NCBI RefSeq assembly: GCF_001194135.2
Contig: NC_068986.1
Location: 83,262,749-83,298,865 of the forward strand
Direction: 5' to 3'
Length of the DNA: 36,117 nucleotides
From: Octopus bimaculoides
Lineage: Eukaryota
Position 1 is the first letter of the stretch. Each line of letters opens with the position of its first letter. The notes below the pieces were generated by a model. It was not told the origin of the DNA. It saw nothing but the letters and a program-made list of their open reading frames with translations, and did no database searches. Of the stretch, positions 1-10,668 are shown piece after piece. The position numbers were made by a program, and so were the translations under genes.

Positions 1-1198
1 GGAAGAAAGAGGAGGAAACAAAAAAAGAGGGAAAAAATAGTCCCAGTAGAGCTCTCGCAAATTTAGTATTCAGCATGCTGCAGTTTACCTGGAAGAGTTA
101 TTCAATGAGCAGCTCGTCTTCCGTACGTATAGTTTTCATTTTTCTCTAAATAGCAATATCTATTTAAAGATTTTTTTTTTATTTTCATAAATCATTATTA
201 CCTTTATATGTTTTTTCAAATAATTTTTCATCTCAAAATCATGTTTTTCTCGTTGTTAGCAGATTTACTGACAATGTTATTCGAATTATCGCTAAGGACA
301 AAAAAGTCATGTCATTTATTTTCGACGTTAGTCCATTGAAATAGATAACTCACCTAAATAGTGATCGATTTCTCTATCATTCTAATTTTATTTATTATTT
401 TTTAGCTTCTTTCCATAACACATATAATATTTAATGAGTATATATGCCAATACTCAACATGCAATAGATCATATTTTACTGATTTGTAATCATTACCGAC
501 AAACACACGCACATGTCTTTATCTGCATACGTGCAATTGAGATTATTTGATCAATTATTATCGACATATGTTGCTTTTGTGGATGGAGTATATTGCCAGT
601 TGTAGCAACAAAGATTTTTAAAATTAAGAAAAATAAGAACTATCATTTCTGTTTGGTTCTCTTTATGAAAATATTGATAACTAAATAGGCATAGTTCATG
701 GGTTACTTGTGTTAACTTGCGACTGATTAAACATGAATAGAATAACCTTGCTGTTGCGTAGGTCATTTTACCATAATATTGAGGAATATCGAATTGTTTT
801 CTTTTCCTTTAGCATGACACCATTTATTAATATAAATTATGCAGCTAATATTACATTAACGTTTTTCGGACAAATGAAAGGACATGACACGTGCTAATCC
901 CGTTACCAATTATTCAGTTTATTACTAGCCGGTATTCTAGATCAGTGTCTACTATTTGAGGTCCACTAGTTTAAGCGCCCATATAACCCCTTATAACATT
1001 TTATTTTTTTGGAATTTTCAGAAAATGTCGGCGAATTTGTGTTCTACACCCGGAAATTCATACTATTATGCAAAAAAAAATTAAAGATTTTTGTGTATGG
1101 TTTAAGGGCTATTTAGATGCTATTTTTAGTGCATCTCACGACCACCTGGTACCTTCTTTTCTTTGTCACTGGTGTATTGATGTTTTTCAATATCTTTC

Positions 1199-1258
1199 GG
1201 TGGAGATGGAGTATATGTAATCTGGAAAGGTTCAGATTACATATAGTCCATCTCTACC
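1199..1258. mobile_element. 60-bp palindromic mini-MITE, Merlin-like
   Basis: 26-bp terminal inverted repeats (GGTGGAGATGGAGTATATGTAATCTG / CAGATTACATATAGTCCATCTCTACC, 2 mismatches) around an 8-nt spacer. Exact 8-bp direct repeat TATCTTTC at 1191-1198 and 1259-1266. GG...CC termini. Confidence 0.8.
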
Positions 1259-1318
1259 TATCTTTCTCCCTCTAAACATTTAATGGTCCATTGCTGGGAT
1301 TTAACAAAAAAAACCTCA

Positions 1319-1414
1319 GATTTTAAAGAACATTAAAAAATTTTTAAAAATTTCATGATCGTATGAGATTTTAAAGAACATTAAAAAATTTTTAAAAATT
1401 TCATGATCGTATGA
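1319..1414. repeat. Exact 48-bp tandem duplication
   Basis: GATTTTAAAGAACATTAAAAAATTTTTAAAAATTTCATGATCGTATGA at 1319-1366 and 1367-1414. Confidence 0.95.
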
Positions 1415-1500
1415 ACAAGTTAAATAACCTCTAAATCATACACAAACAAATGTTTTTGGTTTTTGCATAATCGTATGACTTCCCATGTGTCGAACACAAA

Positions 1501-1563
1501 TTTGAAACTTAGAAAAACGCCAAAAGAATTTCTGTTTCTTTTGGCATTTTTCTAAGTTTCAAA
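1501..1563. repeat. 28-bp-arm hairpin palindrome
   Basis: TTTGAAACTTAGAAAAACGCCAAAAGAA (1501-1528) and TTCTTTTGGCATTTTTCTAAGTTTCAAA (1536-1563), one mismatch, 7-nt loop. No TSD seen. Confidence 0.85.
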
Positions 1564-1623
1564 ACAATGAGGGAAGCATTAAAAAAATGTTTTTCTCAAA
1601 ACCATCACTTTCAAACATCTGTC

Positions 1624-1987
1624 GGTACTCACGAAGAAGAGTGGACCCGCGCTAGTCATTAAGAAAAGTGAAAATAGATGTTTTAGTATGTTCTGAAAAC
1701 ATTCATCTCCGGTTTTCCCATATTTTCTTCTCCACAGAAACTCATCTAGATGGGATTCAATCATATTTGTACTCCCATCATACTCTTAAATCTGGGTTTA
1801 TATAATTCAACACTTTCCTTTTAGAAATGAATATGTAGCATCAAAACTCTGAATGTATGACAAAATATCATAAAACATTATAAATAACAATAAATCGAAT
1901 TATACCCAAATGAATAACATTTTATTTCAAAATTGTTTTATTTTCATGTTTTTAATGGCTAACGTGGGTCCACTCTTCATGAGTAAC
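1624..1987 (-). mobile_element. Merlin (IS1016/ISXO2-like) internal-deletion derivative carrying the transposase C-terminus
   Basis: TIRs GGTACTCACGAAGAAGAGTGGACCCGCGCTAGTCATTAA and (reverse complement) GTTACTCATGAAGAGTGGACCCACGTTAGCCATTAA. 8-bp TSD CATCTGTC at 1616-1623 and 1988-1995. The minus strand encodes ...KPRFKSMMGVQ / (frameshift) IESHLDEFLWRRKYG...FQNILKHL, resembling the ISXO2/Merlin C-terminal 'YLDEFxWR' motif. Confidence 0.8.
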
Positions 1988-2247
1988 CATCTGTCTACCC
2001 ATCGTGCGTTCAAAAAACTCTCTTGCCCTTTCTGCATTTCCTGCATGCAAAATAAGATTTTTTTGTGAGGTGAGGTGAGGGGAGTTATCACTAATTTTTC
2101 TGGTAATCTTTGCCGCCTCGTAACTGCTTTCATTATGTTTGGCGGGCCGTTCTTCTTTTTTTTTTTTTTTATATATAAGACCCTCTGCACTACAAGACTA
2201 ATGTTTGGTTGGGGAAGGCATGACCACTTTTGTGCATTAAAATAACA

Positions 2248-2358
2248 GGCAATCCTTCGGTATTGGTAGACCATGTCATTCACTCTTTTTTTTACTTAGC
2301 CTCTTTATGCCAGAAGGGGACATGGGTGAATATCGTCTACTAATACCGAAGGATTGCC
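2248..2358. mobile_element. 111-bp MITE, Merlin-like
   Basis: TIRs GGCAATCCTTCGGTATTGGTAGAC and GTCTACTAATACCGAAGGATTGCC, extending imperfectly to ~37 bp. Exact 8-bp TSD AAATAACA at 2240-2247 and 2359-2366. Confidence 0.85.
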
Positions 2359-2546
2359 AAATAACAATTTCTAAACATCGCCCATAAACAGAACAATATG
2401 TATACTTAAAAACATTTGAAGAGAACCATATTAAGGAATAAGAACCGTGATAAGGTATGTTCTTACTACAAAAGTTGTTGACTACTGTGTGAGGGATATT
2501 GTGGCGGAATGGGATTTACTGGACGTGGTGCACCATATTATCGTTC

Positions 2547-3710
2547 ACTAGCTGTATAGCCCGGCGCTGCCCGGGATTAAGCTAGGATTATTAAGTGATC
2601 AAGTGCTTTATTTCAAACCAAAATAAGTAACATCCACATCAGATTTGACCGAAATCCGTTGAAATTGGTTTGGCTGAAAATGGTTTGCTGGCAATTTGAT
2701 TGGGAAATCCCATAAGGAATCAGTTTATTGGTTATTTCCACTCATTGACTGTTTTTTTAAATGTTGCATTAGAGATCTGCATAGGAGAAGGTTGATCTGA
2801 AGGTTTGCATTGGGGATCTGGATTGGAGTAACTTAGGAAAACTTACCAACAGCCTTAACCCAAAAATAAGGGACCTGTCCCTTCTAGGTTAACTCTAACC
2901 CTAAANNNNNNNNNNNNNNNNNNNNNNNNNNNNNNNNNNNNNNNNNNNNNNNNNNNNNNNNNNNNNNNNNNNNNNNNNNNNNNNNNNNNNNNNNNNNNNN
3001 NNNNNNNNNNNNNNNNNNNNNNNNNNNNNNNNNNNNNNNNNNNNNNNNNNNNNNNNNNNNNNNNNNNNNNNNNNNNNNNNNNNNNNNNNNNNNNNNNNNN
3101 NNNNNNNNNNNNNNNNNNNNNNNNNNNNNNNNNNNNAATAAATAAATGATTTAAAATAAATATATTTTAATTATTGTGTGAGAAAGGTTATATAATCTCA
3201 TTATAGAATATAGTGTCTTTCAAAAACATCTTATATTTTAAACTATATCTCATGTTTAAGAAGAAAAAAATGCATTTTACATTTTCACTTTTTCGTTCTT
3301 TTTTTCCTTTGTTAGACAATGGCAAACAAACTCTTGGTTAGAGAAATTTTTTTTCCTTAGCCGCTTTGTGTCTCCCTTTCCCACATTTTGTTGCCATTTT
3401 TTTGTTAGACTCTAGCAAACACTCTGTATCTCCCCTTGTCACAAACACACTATTTCTTTCTCTCTCTCTCTCTCCTTCACGTGCGTACGCACAGATTTGA
3501 CTTCACCATGTCAACAAATTTCAAAATTGGTAAAAGTTTATCGATTTTTACAGCTATACACAGGTGCTTCTGAGAGAAAAAGTTGACGAAAACGCAGGTA
3601 GGGTCATGAACAATGTCCTCCTAAAATTGGGGCGACATGCGTGTTAATTTGTGGACGTGCATAAATTATATTCACGTACACACACACATCTCGGCTTTTA
3701 AATATATTAT
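2547..3710 (+). mobile_element. Possible non-autonomous Helitron/Helentron-like element (spans a gap)
   Basis: Starts ACTAGCTGTATAGCCCGGCGCTGCCCGGG, resembling 5' ends of invertebrate non-autonomous rolling-circle elements. Contains CT/CA microsatellites and ends ...ACACACACATCTCGGCTTTTAAATATAT. Pattern recognition only. Confidence 0.4.
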
Positions 3711-3939
3711 CGTTCATTATCTCCATTATCTCTTTTGCTGACAGATTTGTGAAACAAATGATTTCAAATCCATTGCAGTAATTTTGGATCTGTGGTCAAA
3801 ACATAGTGATGGGTTGGTAGAAATTGTATTTTGTTATGATCCTTGATGTTCTAAAGTTAGCTTTGCTTTACATTCTTAGCTGAAGCTTTATTCTTTTACT
3901 TCAGTTCACTTAACTTTTGGGAATTGGTAGTAGATCTGA

Positions 3940-4950
3940 AAAAGTTATTCATGATAGCGTAGTGCCTTAGCCGTATTCAAACATCACAATTTGGATTTCT
4001 CTTACTCCAGCTGCTGTAGCAAACTCATTGAGTTTCTTGAGGACATCTCCTGATGGTAGCTCATGTGTGCATGTATCTTGACTTTGCTAAAACCTTCAAT
4101 TCTGTGCCACGCAAATGACTCCTATCAAAACTTTGTGCAACAGGTGTGAAAGATAATCTCTATAACTGGTTGAAGCCCTTCGTTTTTGGTCGAAAAGCGG
4201 TAGTCAGGGTTCTAGGACGTATGAGATAACATCTGAGGTACCACAGAGATCCATTCTTGAGCCCATTGTTTGATGCATATATTAATGACATGGACACCAA
4301 CTTGAATGTTACAATATTGAAATATGCAGATGACACCATGTCGTACCTTGAGATAAATAGAACAGATCCTATATGCTATAGATTTTTCCAGCAATTAGAC
4401 CTGGACATAATGCAGTAATGGATTACTGACTAGAAACTCAAGCTAGCTGTGGACAAGTGTGTTGTCATGCATTTTGAGAGGAAAAACTCAGCCTTTTTCG
4501 AGCGAGATTGTTGCCAGTGCCCCTGGACTGGCTCTTGTGCGGGTGGCACATAAAATACACCATTTTGAGTGTGGCCATTGCCAGTACCGCCTGACTGGCC
4601 TTCGTGCGGGTGACACGTAAAAGCACCAACTACACTCTCTGAGTGGTTGGCGTTAGGAAGGGCATCCAGCTGTAGAAACTCTGCCAAATCAGATTGGAGC
4701 CTGGTGTAGCCGTCTGGTTTCACCAGTCCTCAGTCAAATCGTCCAACCCATGCTAGCATGGAAAGCAGACGTTAAACTATCATGATGATGATGATTTACA
4801 TAGTTCCTCAGCAACACCAATCATAAGAAGTCTGTTAGTAAATGTGACCTGGGTATTATTGTCAACAGTGATCTGCGTTGGACAAACCACATCTCTAAAG
4901 TTGTCAAGAAGGCCTAGGGTGTCTTAGCATCATTCAGTAAGGCCTTTGTC
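3940..4950 (+). mobile_element. Decayed CR1/L2-clade LINE reverse transcriptase fragment, interrupted by an RTE 3'-end insertion
   Basis: Broken frames give VYLDFAKTFNSVPRK, EVPQRSIL..., YINDMDTNLNVTILKYADDT, VDKCVVMHF and, after 4795, KCDLGIIVNSDLRWTNHISKVVKKA. These are CR1-type RT motifs with stops and frameshifts. Confidence 0.8.
4495..4795 (+). mobile_element. RTE-LINE 3'-end fragment (or RTE-tailed SINE) with (GAT)n tail
   Basis: Reverse complement of the elements at 13189-13492 and 17203-17457. Ends ...AACCCATGCTAGCATGGAAAGCAGACGTTAAAC...GATGATGATGAT. Sits inside the CR1 fragment. Confidence 0.85.
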
Positions 4951-5049
4951 ATTCATGTACTGTTTGATTCCAATTCTTCTAAACCTGTTTGGGCTATTTG
5001 TTCAAAAGACTGGGAGATTATTACCTCATTTTGGAATCAAGTAGATGTT

Positions 5050-5148
5050 AGCAACAGAAAGGGCATCTGGTTATAGAAAACCCTGTCCCAGCATGTTCTC
5101 ATCTGACCCATGCAAGCATAGAAAAATAGATGTTTAAACAATGATGAC
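5050..5148 (+). mobile_element. Decayed RTE 3' tail fragment
   Basis: GAAAGGGCATCTGG...GACCCATGCAAGCATAGAAAAATAGATGTTTAAACAATGATGAC resembles the tails at 4650-4795 and 32860-32967. Confidence 0.6.
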
Positions 5149-5311
5149 ATGTTCAATTTGTGTTGGTGTTTGTCTTGTCCCTATATGTTTTAATAATTGA
5201 CATTATTTAAAAAATAATTCTCTTTGTTTTTTGTCCTGTAATTTAGCAATAATTGCAATACCTCGTAATTTTCTTCAGTCTGGATGCTGAAAAGTTACTC
5301 TTAAAGGTGGC

Positions 5312-5420
5312 GAGCTGGCAGACTTGTTTATATGCCAAACAAAATGCTTGGTTGTATTTCGTCTGTCTTCTATGTTCTGAGTTCAAATTCTTTTGAGGTT
5401 GACTTTGCCTTTCATCTGTG
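5312..5420 (+). mobile_element. SINE fragment (AAGGTGGCGAGCTGGCAGA...TTCTGAGTTCAAAT family)
   Basis: A-box-like GGCGAGCTGG and B-box-like GAGTTCAAATTC. Related decayed pieces at ~5760-5890 and 24205-24395. Confidence 0.6.
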
Positions 5421-5514
5421 GTTGATGCCAAAATTTGAAATCAATATTTAGAAATTGATGGCAAATGAAGTTAATTAAAAATGCTTTTCTTTTTTTATCA
5501 TTTTCTAAACACAG

Positions 5515-5652
5515 GTGCAAGCACAAATATGGTGCTTAAGAAGTTCATTGATGAAGTGACTATTGGTGTCAGTATGATTGACTAAAACTCTGGAAGGCAG
5601 TACTACAGCATATACCAATGATAGAAACCACTGAAAGTATAACTTATAATAG
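5515..5652 (+). other. Candidate 5' UTR exon of the PXYLP1-like gene
   Basis: Long pyrimidine tract ending ACAG at 5514 and donor AG|GTATGT at 5653. All three frames contain stops. Linkage to the downstream gene is unproven. Confidence 0.3.
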
Positions 5653-6384
5653 GTATGTTAGCCATATTTTTAGAAATAAGTTTATTTTATTTTGTATTGG
5701 AGGGCCTTGGATTAGCAGAGTTTTTAAAGCATTGGATAAAGTACATAGAAATATTTACTTTACATTTTGGGTTTAAATCAATCATGCCTAAGTGAACTTT
5801 ACCTTTCTTGCTCAGTATAAAGTACCAGTCAAGTGTATCAACTACCCCTTCTCCTCAAATAGTGACCTTGCACAAATGTTAGAAATCAATATCATTCTCA
5901 AGTTGGTTACTGATGTGCCTTTAATGTTTATATTTTGAATTCAAGCTATTGAAGTTTCTATGTAGCCTTTTGAACTACTGGAAATAGCAGCCAAATTTTC
6001 TTCCACTCACATCCTATTATCTTATAAAGGAAGGACTTTCTGAATAATGTAGTGTTGAGAAAAAAACTTAATAACCAGCTGCATGTTGAGACTAAACAAA
6101 GCTATTCAGAATTTTAAATAAATAGCATTGAAAAATTACTTTGATTCAAGGTGGTTTGTAAACATTTACTGTCAATATCACTAGATGTTTACAAGCTTAC
6201 TAGATTTTGTAGTTGACACATCTATAATTCAAGGAATTATGGGGCTATATGCAATGGTTCTGGATTCTTTGTGCTTGGTAAACTTCCAGAAGTAGTATAC
6301 TCTCATGTATTTGTTAGTTTTCTGCCGAGTATGTTATTCATATTTTCACCATTAGCTGATTTTAGAATTTTTAATTGAATGAAT

Positions 6385-6675
6385 TGACCCTAGGACTTAT
6401 TCTTTGTAAGCCTGGTACTTATTCTATCAGTCACTTTTGCTGAACTGCTAAGTTACGGGGACGTAAGCACACCAACACCAGTTATCAAGCGGTGATGGAA
6501 GGACAAACAAAGACATACACACATATGATGGGCTTCTTTCAGTTTCCGTCTACCAAATCCACTCACAAGGCTTTGGTTGGCTTGAGGCTATAGTAGACAC
6601 TTGCCCAAGGTGCTACACAGTAGGACTGAACCTGGGACCATTTGGTTGGGAAGCAAGCTTCTTACCACACAATCA
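6385..6675 (-). mobile_element. tRNA-derived SINE (CORE-like, octopus-type)
   Basis: Reverse complement of the SINE family at 11069-11440 and 12278-12600 (CTTGGGCAAGTGTC...GTGAGTGGATTTGGTAGACGGAAACTGAAAGAAGCC). Confidence 0.85.
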
Positions 6676-7023
6676 CTCCCAGGCATGACTGTGAAGCTTG
6701 CTTTACAACCACATGGTTTCATGTTCAATTCCACTGCAGGTCAACCAATGTCTTGTGAGTGAATTTGATAGATGGAAATTGTGTGGAAGCCTGTAGTGTG
6801 TGTCCCTGTCCAGTTTTCTTCAGGGTAACTAAGCAGTTACATGATGCTGGAGGTCATAGATTTCTCTTGGGTCTTGGTGGACATGAACTGCTTTCTCCTC
6901 ATCATGAAAGAATCTACCATCACACCACTTTGAGCTGCTTGGCAATGGCTTTCATTAACCACTGGGGTTGTCGTTGATGATGTCCTCAGCTGTGCTGACA
7001 ACATATGACCGTGGACTGCCCCT

Positions 7024-7130
7024 CTAGAGATCTCTAGCTCTTTCCTGATCCTGAACATAAAGGACTTGACTCTTTCCCATCTAGAGATCTCCAGCTCTTT
7101 CCTGACCCTGAGCATAAAGGACTTGACTAT
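7024..7130. repeat. 57-bp tandem duplication
   Basis: CTAGAGATCTCTAGCTCTTTCCTGATCCTGAACATAAAGGACTTGACTCT at 7024 and CTAGAGATCTCCAGCTCTTTCCTGACCCTGAGCATAAAGGACTTGACTAT at 7081. Four differences over 50 nt. Confidence 0.9.
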
Positions 7131-8904
7131 GTTCAAGGAGCTGGTAATCTTCAGTTTGTTGTGGTTGGTTTGCCTTTTCCTTTCCTATGTTAGATTGGAA
7201 TCTGCCATGTTGATGTTGATAAATCTGAAAGAGGAGAAAGTTAAAAAAAATTGGTACATACCAACTAACATGTTAATTTATTTTCCATTTTTAGCTTGCT
7301 AAAGTTTTTTACAAATAACCCACACACTATAATCTTTTCTTTTGTTCTTTTGAACTCTACCATTTTGAAGCTATTTTTTGTTTCCAATTCTTTTTGTATG
7401 CAATAATCATTAAAGAGAGTTCATTAAATTCACAGTAACTAGGACACACAGTACATATAATTTAAATTATAAGTGTAAAGTAATCTAAAAAAATATCGCG
7501 TAACAAAATATAATTAATTAAAATATTGTTTCTGTTAACTGTTATATTTGTCTATCAAATACATATGCAGCCTTTTTTTTAAAAACATATATAGATTCAT
7601 ATTTATACATATTTGTTTTGAATATGCATTCCTTTATATATTCTTTTTATTAATAACAATAATCTGTTCTCTTTCATTTCAAGTATTTAATTTAAACAAA
7701 AGTCTAGGTTAACATGTAATTTTCCTATAACATTGTTATTGACAAGTTAAGTTAGTTTTTTGACCTGAACTTGTGAATTGACACATATTTTGACAAACAT
7801 TTCTGCCAGTAAAGTTCACCTAAATGTATGCAATACATAGTGTTGAAAGAACAATAATATTTAGTTTAGTTACCTCTATTCAAATTTATTGGTGTTTCAG
7901 TTTTTTGTTTTTTTTTGTATCTCTTCATTTTGTTGGTATGTTTGAAATAAATACCATTAATAATGTGGCGCTGTCAGTCAACGATTCAACTTTTGTTTTA
8001 ATTTGTATGAAGAAGTACACTGGACTCTTGCAATTTTTACTCTTTTCAAACACACACACACACAAATACTGTCATTGCTACAAATGTCAAAATGTTAAGT
8101 AAGTTTGGAGATAATTGTTCCTGAGTTAGTGTGGTTGAAGCAGCAGTCAAAAAGTTGGCAGCTGGTCATTGTGTTACAGTCACCAATCATTCATTAGCTT
8201 GGTGTTGTTAGCTGCTGCTCTGCTACTGACTCCTGTATCTGGTCTGATAATACCTGCACTTCACATACTAAATGCTAGGCTCTCTCTCAATGCTTTCTGT
8301 GTTGCATTCTGTAGCTCCCTGTCACATAGTCATGGTGTGTCAAATTTATGCTGATTGATAGGCTCAGGACATGCACCAAAAGATGAAATCATCACTGGAG
8401 CCTATTCCATGTGAGGTTGTGATTGTTTAAATTTTATTGATCATGTGGGCTATATTTCAGTGAATCATGACATCAGGTGATAGCTGAATATTTCTGCTAC
8501 AACTTTAATGAAGGGAAGACTGGTGTAATGTGTTCCAGACAGAAGTTATTTCATTTAATAAAATGTTTTTAGCTGTTATTCATATTTTTATTATCTTCAT
8601 ACTGGCTTGGGTTGGCTAGATCTGCAATAAATTTTGTTAATGCAGCTTAATCTTACATCATTTATTCTTAGAACTGACTTAACAACTATTATTTGAGGTA
8701 TTGCTTTTTATAACTTAACAGAAGCAGGGCAGCACTTTTTTTTTTACAAGGGTCTTTGAATAATCCTCAGGTGCTTGTAACTGCACTCCTCTAAATTTAG
8801 TGGTTTTGAAAACTTCAGATGTTTTTTTTACAAAATTTCACATTCTAGTGGTTGGTCTCTCTGATGGTTGCCAAGTTATGATCTGATACGATATATAATA
8901 ATCA

Positions 8905-9030
8905 TGATTTAATGTCCAGCTTCCATACTGGCATGGGTTAGATGGTTTGACAGGATCCAGTCAGTCAGAAGACTGTGTCAAGTTCCAGTATTTGCTTCTC
9001 ATAATTTCTATGGCTAGATGCCCTTCCTAG
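8905..9030 (-). mobile_element. Decayed RTE 3' tail fragment
   Basis: TTTAATGTCCAGCTTCCATACTGGCATGGGTT...GGCTAGATGCCCTTCCTA matches the RTE tail family in reverse orientation. Confidence 0.6.
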
Positions 9031-9185
9031 AGTCATGCATTGGTGTAGCTGTGTTTGCTTTTCAATCATATGGTTTTGGGTTTGGTCCTACTATGCAGCA
9101 CTTTAAGCAAGTCTCCTGCTATAACTCTGGGCAAACAAAAGCCTAGTAAATGGGTTTGCATAATGAAAACTGAAAGAAGTTTGTC

Positions 9186-9186
9186 A

Positions 9187-9223
<37 letters not shown>

Positions 9224-9225
9224 TT
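9186..9225. repeat. (TA)n/(TG)n microsatellite
   Basis: Direct reading. Similar tracts at 12600-12711, 12812-12830, 16172-16208, 22826-22940 and 29650-29706. Confidence 0.9.
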
Positions 9226-9234
9226 GTTTGCATT

Positions 9235-10315
9235 TACGCTTCCCTGATGAGTTAGAGTTGGATCAGAGCTGTCGGAGGAGTTAGCAGTGAAAGTTGGTGC
9301 ACACCAGGGATCTGTGTTGTCACCGTTGTTGTTGGCAATAGTGATTGACGTGGTGATGGAAAGTGCTAGAGAAGGATTGATAATGGAGATATTGTTTGCA
9401 GATGATCTCATTCTGATGAGTGAGATGATGGAGGGATTGAGGGAGAAGTTTTGGAAATGGAAGATGTTTGAAAGCAAGGGTTTGAAGGTAAACCTTGGGA
9501 AGACAAAGGTGATGGTGAGCAGGGTAGAAGGAGAAGTGTTAGTAAGGTAGATCCATGTGGTGTGTGTGGGAGGAAGGTAATGGCAACTGCAGTGTTGTGT
9601 GGAAAATGTGGGAAATGGATTCATGGTAGATTTAGGAAAATGAAGGTGACCCTAAGACTGGCAAGAGTTTTTATTTGTGGAAGATGTGAGAAAGGAGCTG
9701 GAGGGCTGGTGGAACCAGTGAGAGGGTTTTGTTATTTGGGAGATAGGGTGGATGTGAAGCAGTTGTGACAGCAAGAGTGAGACTTGGCTGGGTGAAGTTA
9801 AGAGAATGTGGAGCGTTATTATATGGGAAAAGGTTCGCTTTGAAGATGAAAGGAAAGGTTTATTGGAGCTGCATGAGATCTGCACTGCTGTATGGAAGTG
9901 AGACCTGGTGTCTGAGGGGAAGCAAAATGGCAATTTTGAGAAGGACCAAGAGAGCAATGTGTGGTGTGAAACTATTGGATAAAAGGAGGACTGAGGACTT
10001 AATGGGGATGATGGAGTTGGAGGAATCGGTGGAACAGCTGGCAAGGGCAAATGGAGTGCGGTGGTATGGACATGTGTTGAGGGGGGATGAGAATCATGCT
10101 CTGAGGAGAGCGCTTGAGTTTAAGGTGAATAGATCATGAAAGCGAGGTTGACCAAAGAAAACATGGAGGAGGACATTGGAAAGATTGGCTTGAGGAGAAA
10201 GGACACCCAAAACCGGATGAGATAGTGTGAGAGCAGTTGCTGTAAGAGTGAGGTAGGTCTGGCCACCCCCATTAACGGGGACAAACCCAGATTTAAAATA
10301 TTGGACATTGGTCAA
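9235..10315 (+). mobile_element. 5'-truncated RTE-clade LINE (RT C-terminal half and 3' end), frameshifted
   Basis: ORF pieces VKVGAHQGSVLSPLL, EILFADDLIL, GLKVNLGKTKVM, FCYLGD, ARVRLGWVKLRE, YGSETW, VRWYGHVLR are RTE/BovB-type RT and downstream motifs. Confidence 0.9.
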
Positions 10316-10668
10316 TTTTAGTCAAAGCTATGACTTTAAATCTGTCCAGAGTTACTTCTTTGGTTTTTTCCCATTGATAACAGTTAAAGAGCTAGAAACA
10401 CAGCATCTGGAAATCTGAAAGGCAGCAGCACTGGACAGATATGATGTTTTTACATCTTTTTACTAAAAGAGAATTTTTTCTCCAAGAAAATGGCAGTGAG
10501 TTTGCCTTTAGGTTACTGAAAATACTTCTAAAGTTAACCTTTTTTTAAATTTTTTTGACAGTTTTCAATGTTATTAGGAATAGTTTAATTGAACTTTTTT
10601 TTTTCCTCTATAAATTTCAGAATAAATGCATTCTGCTGTCGATACCATTGTTTTGGAAATGTTTAAGT

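Larger units (their letters stand above)
1034..1503. repeat. Imperfect inverted repeat pair (arms ~1034-1116 and ~1419-1503), probably a fold-back or non-autonomous DNA transposon remnant
   Basis: Left arm AATTTGTGTTCTACACCCGGAAATTCATACTATTATGCAAAA...TTTGTGTATGGTTTAAGGGCTATTTA aligns with the reverse complement of the right arm (AATTTGTGTTCGACACATGGGAAGTCATACGATTATGCAAAAA...TTTGTGTATGATTTAGAGGTTATTTA). Outer ends and TSD not resolved. Confidence 0.65.

Noticed and set aside
1-130. Possible first exon ending at CC|GTACGT (122/123)
   Set aside because: A single donor-like hexamer, with no promoter or ORF support visible.
1927-2283. 118-aa minus-strand ORF as Merlin transposase
   Set aside because: It runs across two MITE boundaries and a poly-A run and has no recognisable motifs. 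It is a chance ORF.
2885-2905. TAACCCTAA here and GGGTTAGGGTTA at ~20039 as interstitial telomere
   Set aside because: Only one to two units, each inside a transposon-like element.
8100-8420. Moderately GC-richer stretch with hydrophobic 61-aa ORF (8169-8354)
   Set aside because: No homology recognised, a TTG start, no consistent splice sites, and no long open minus-strand frame.
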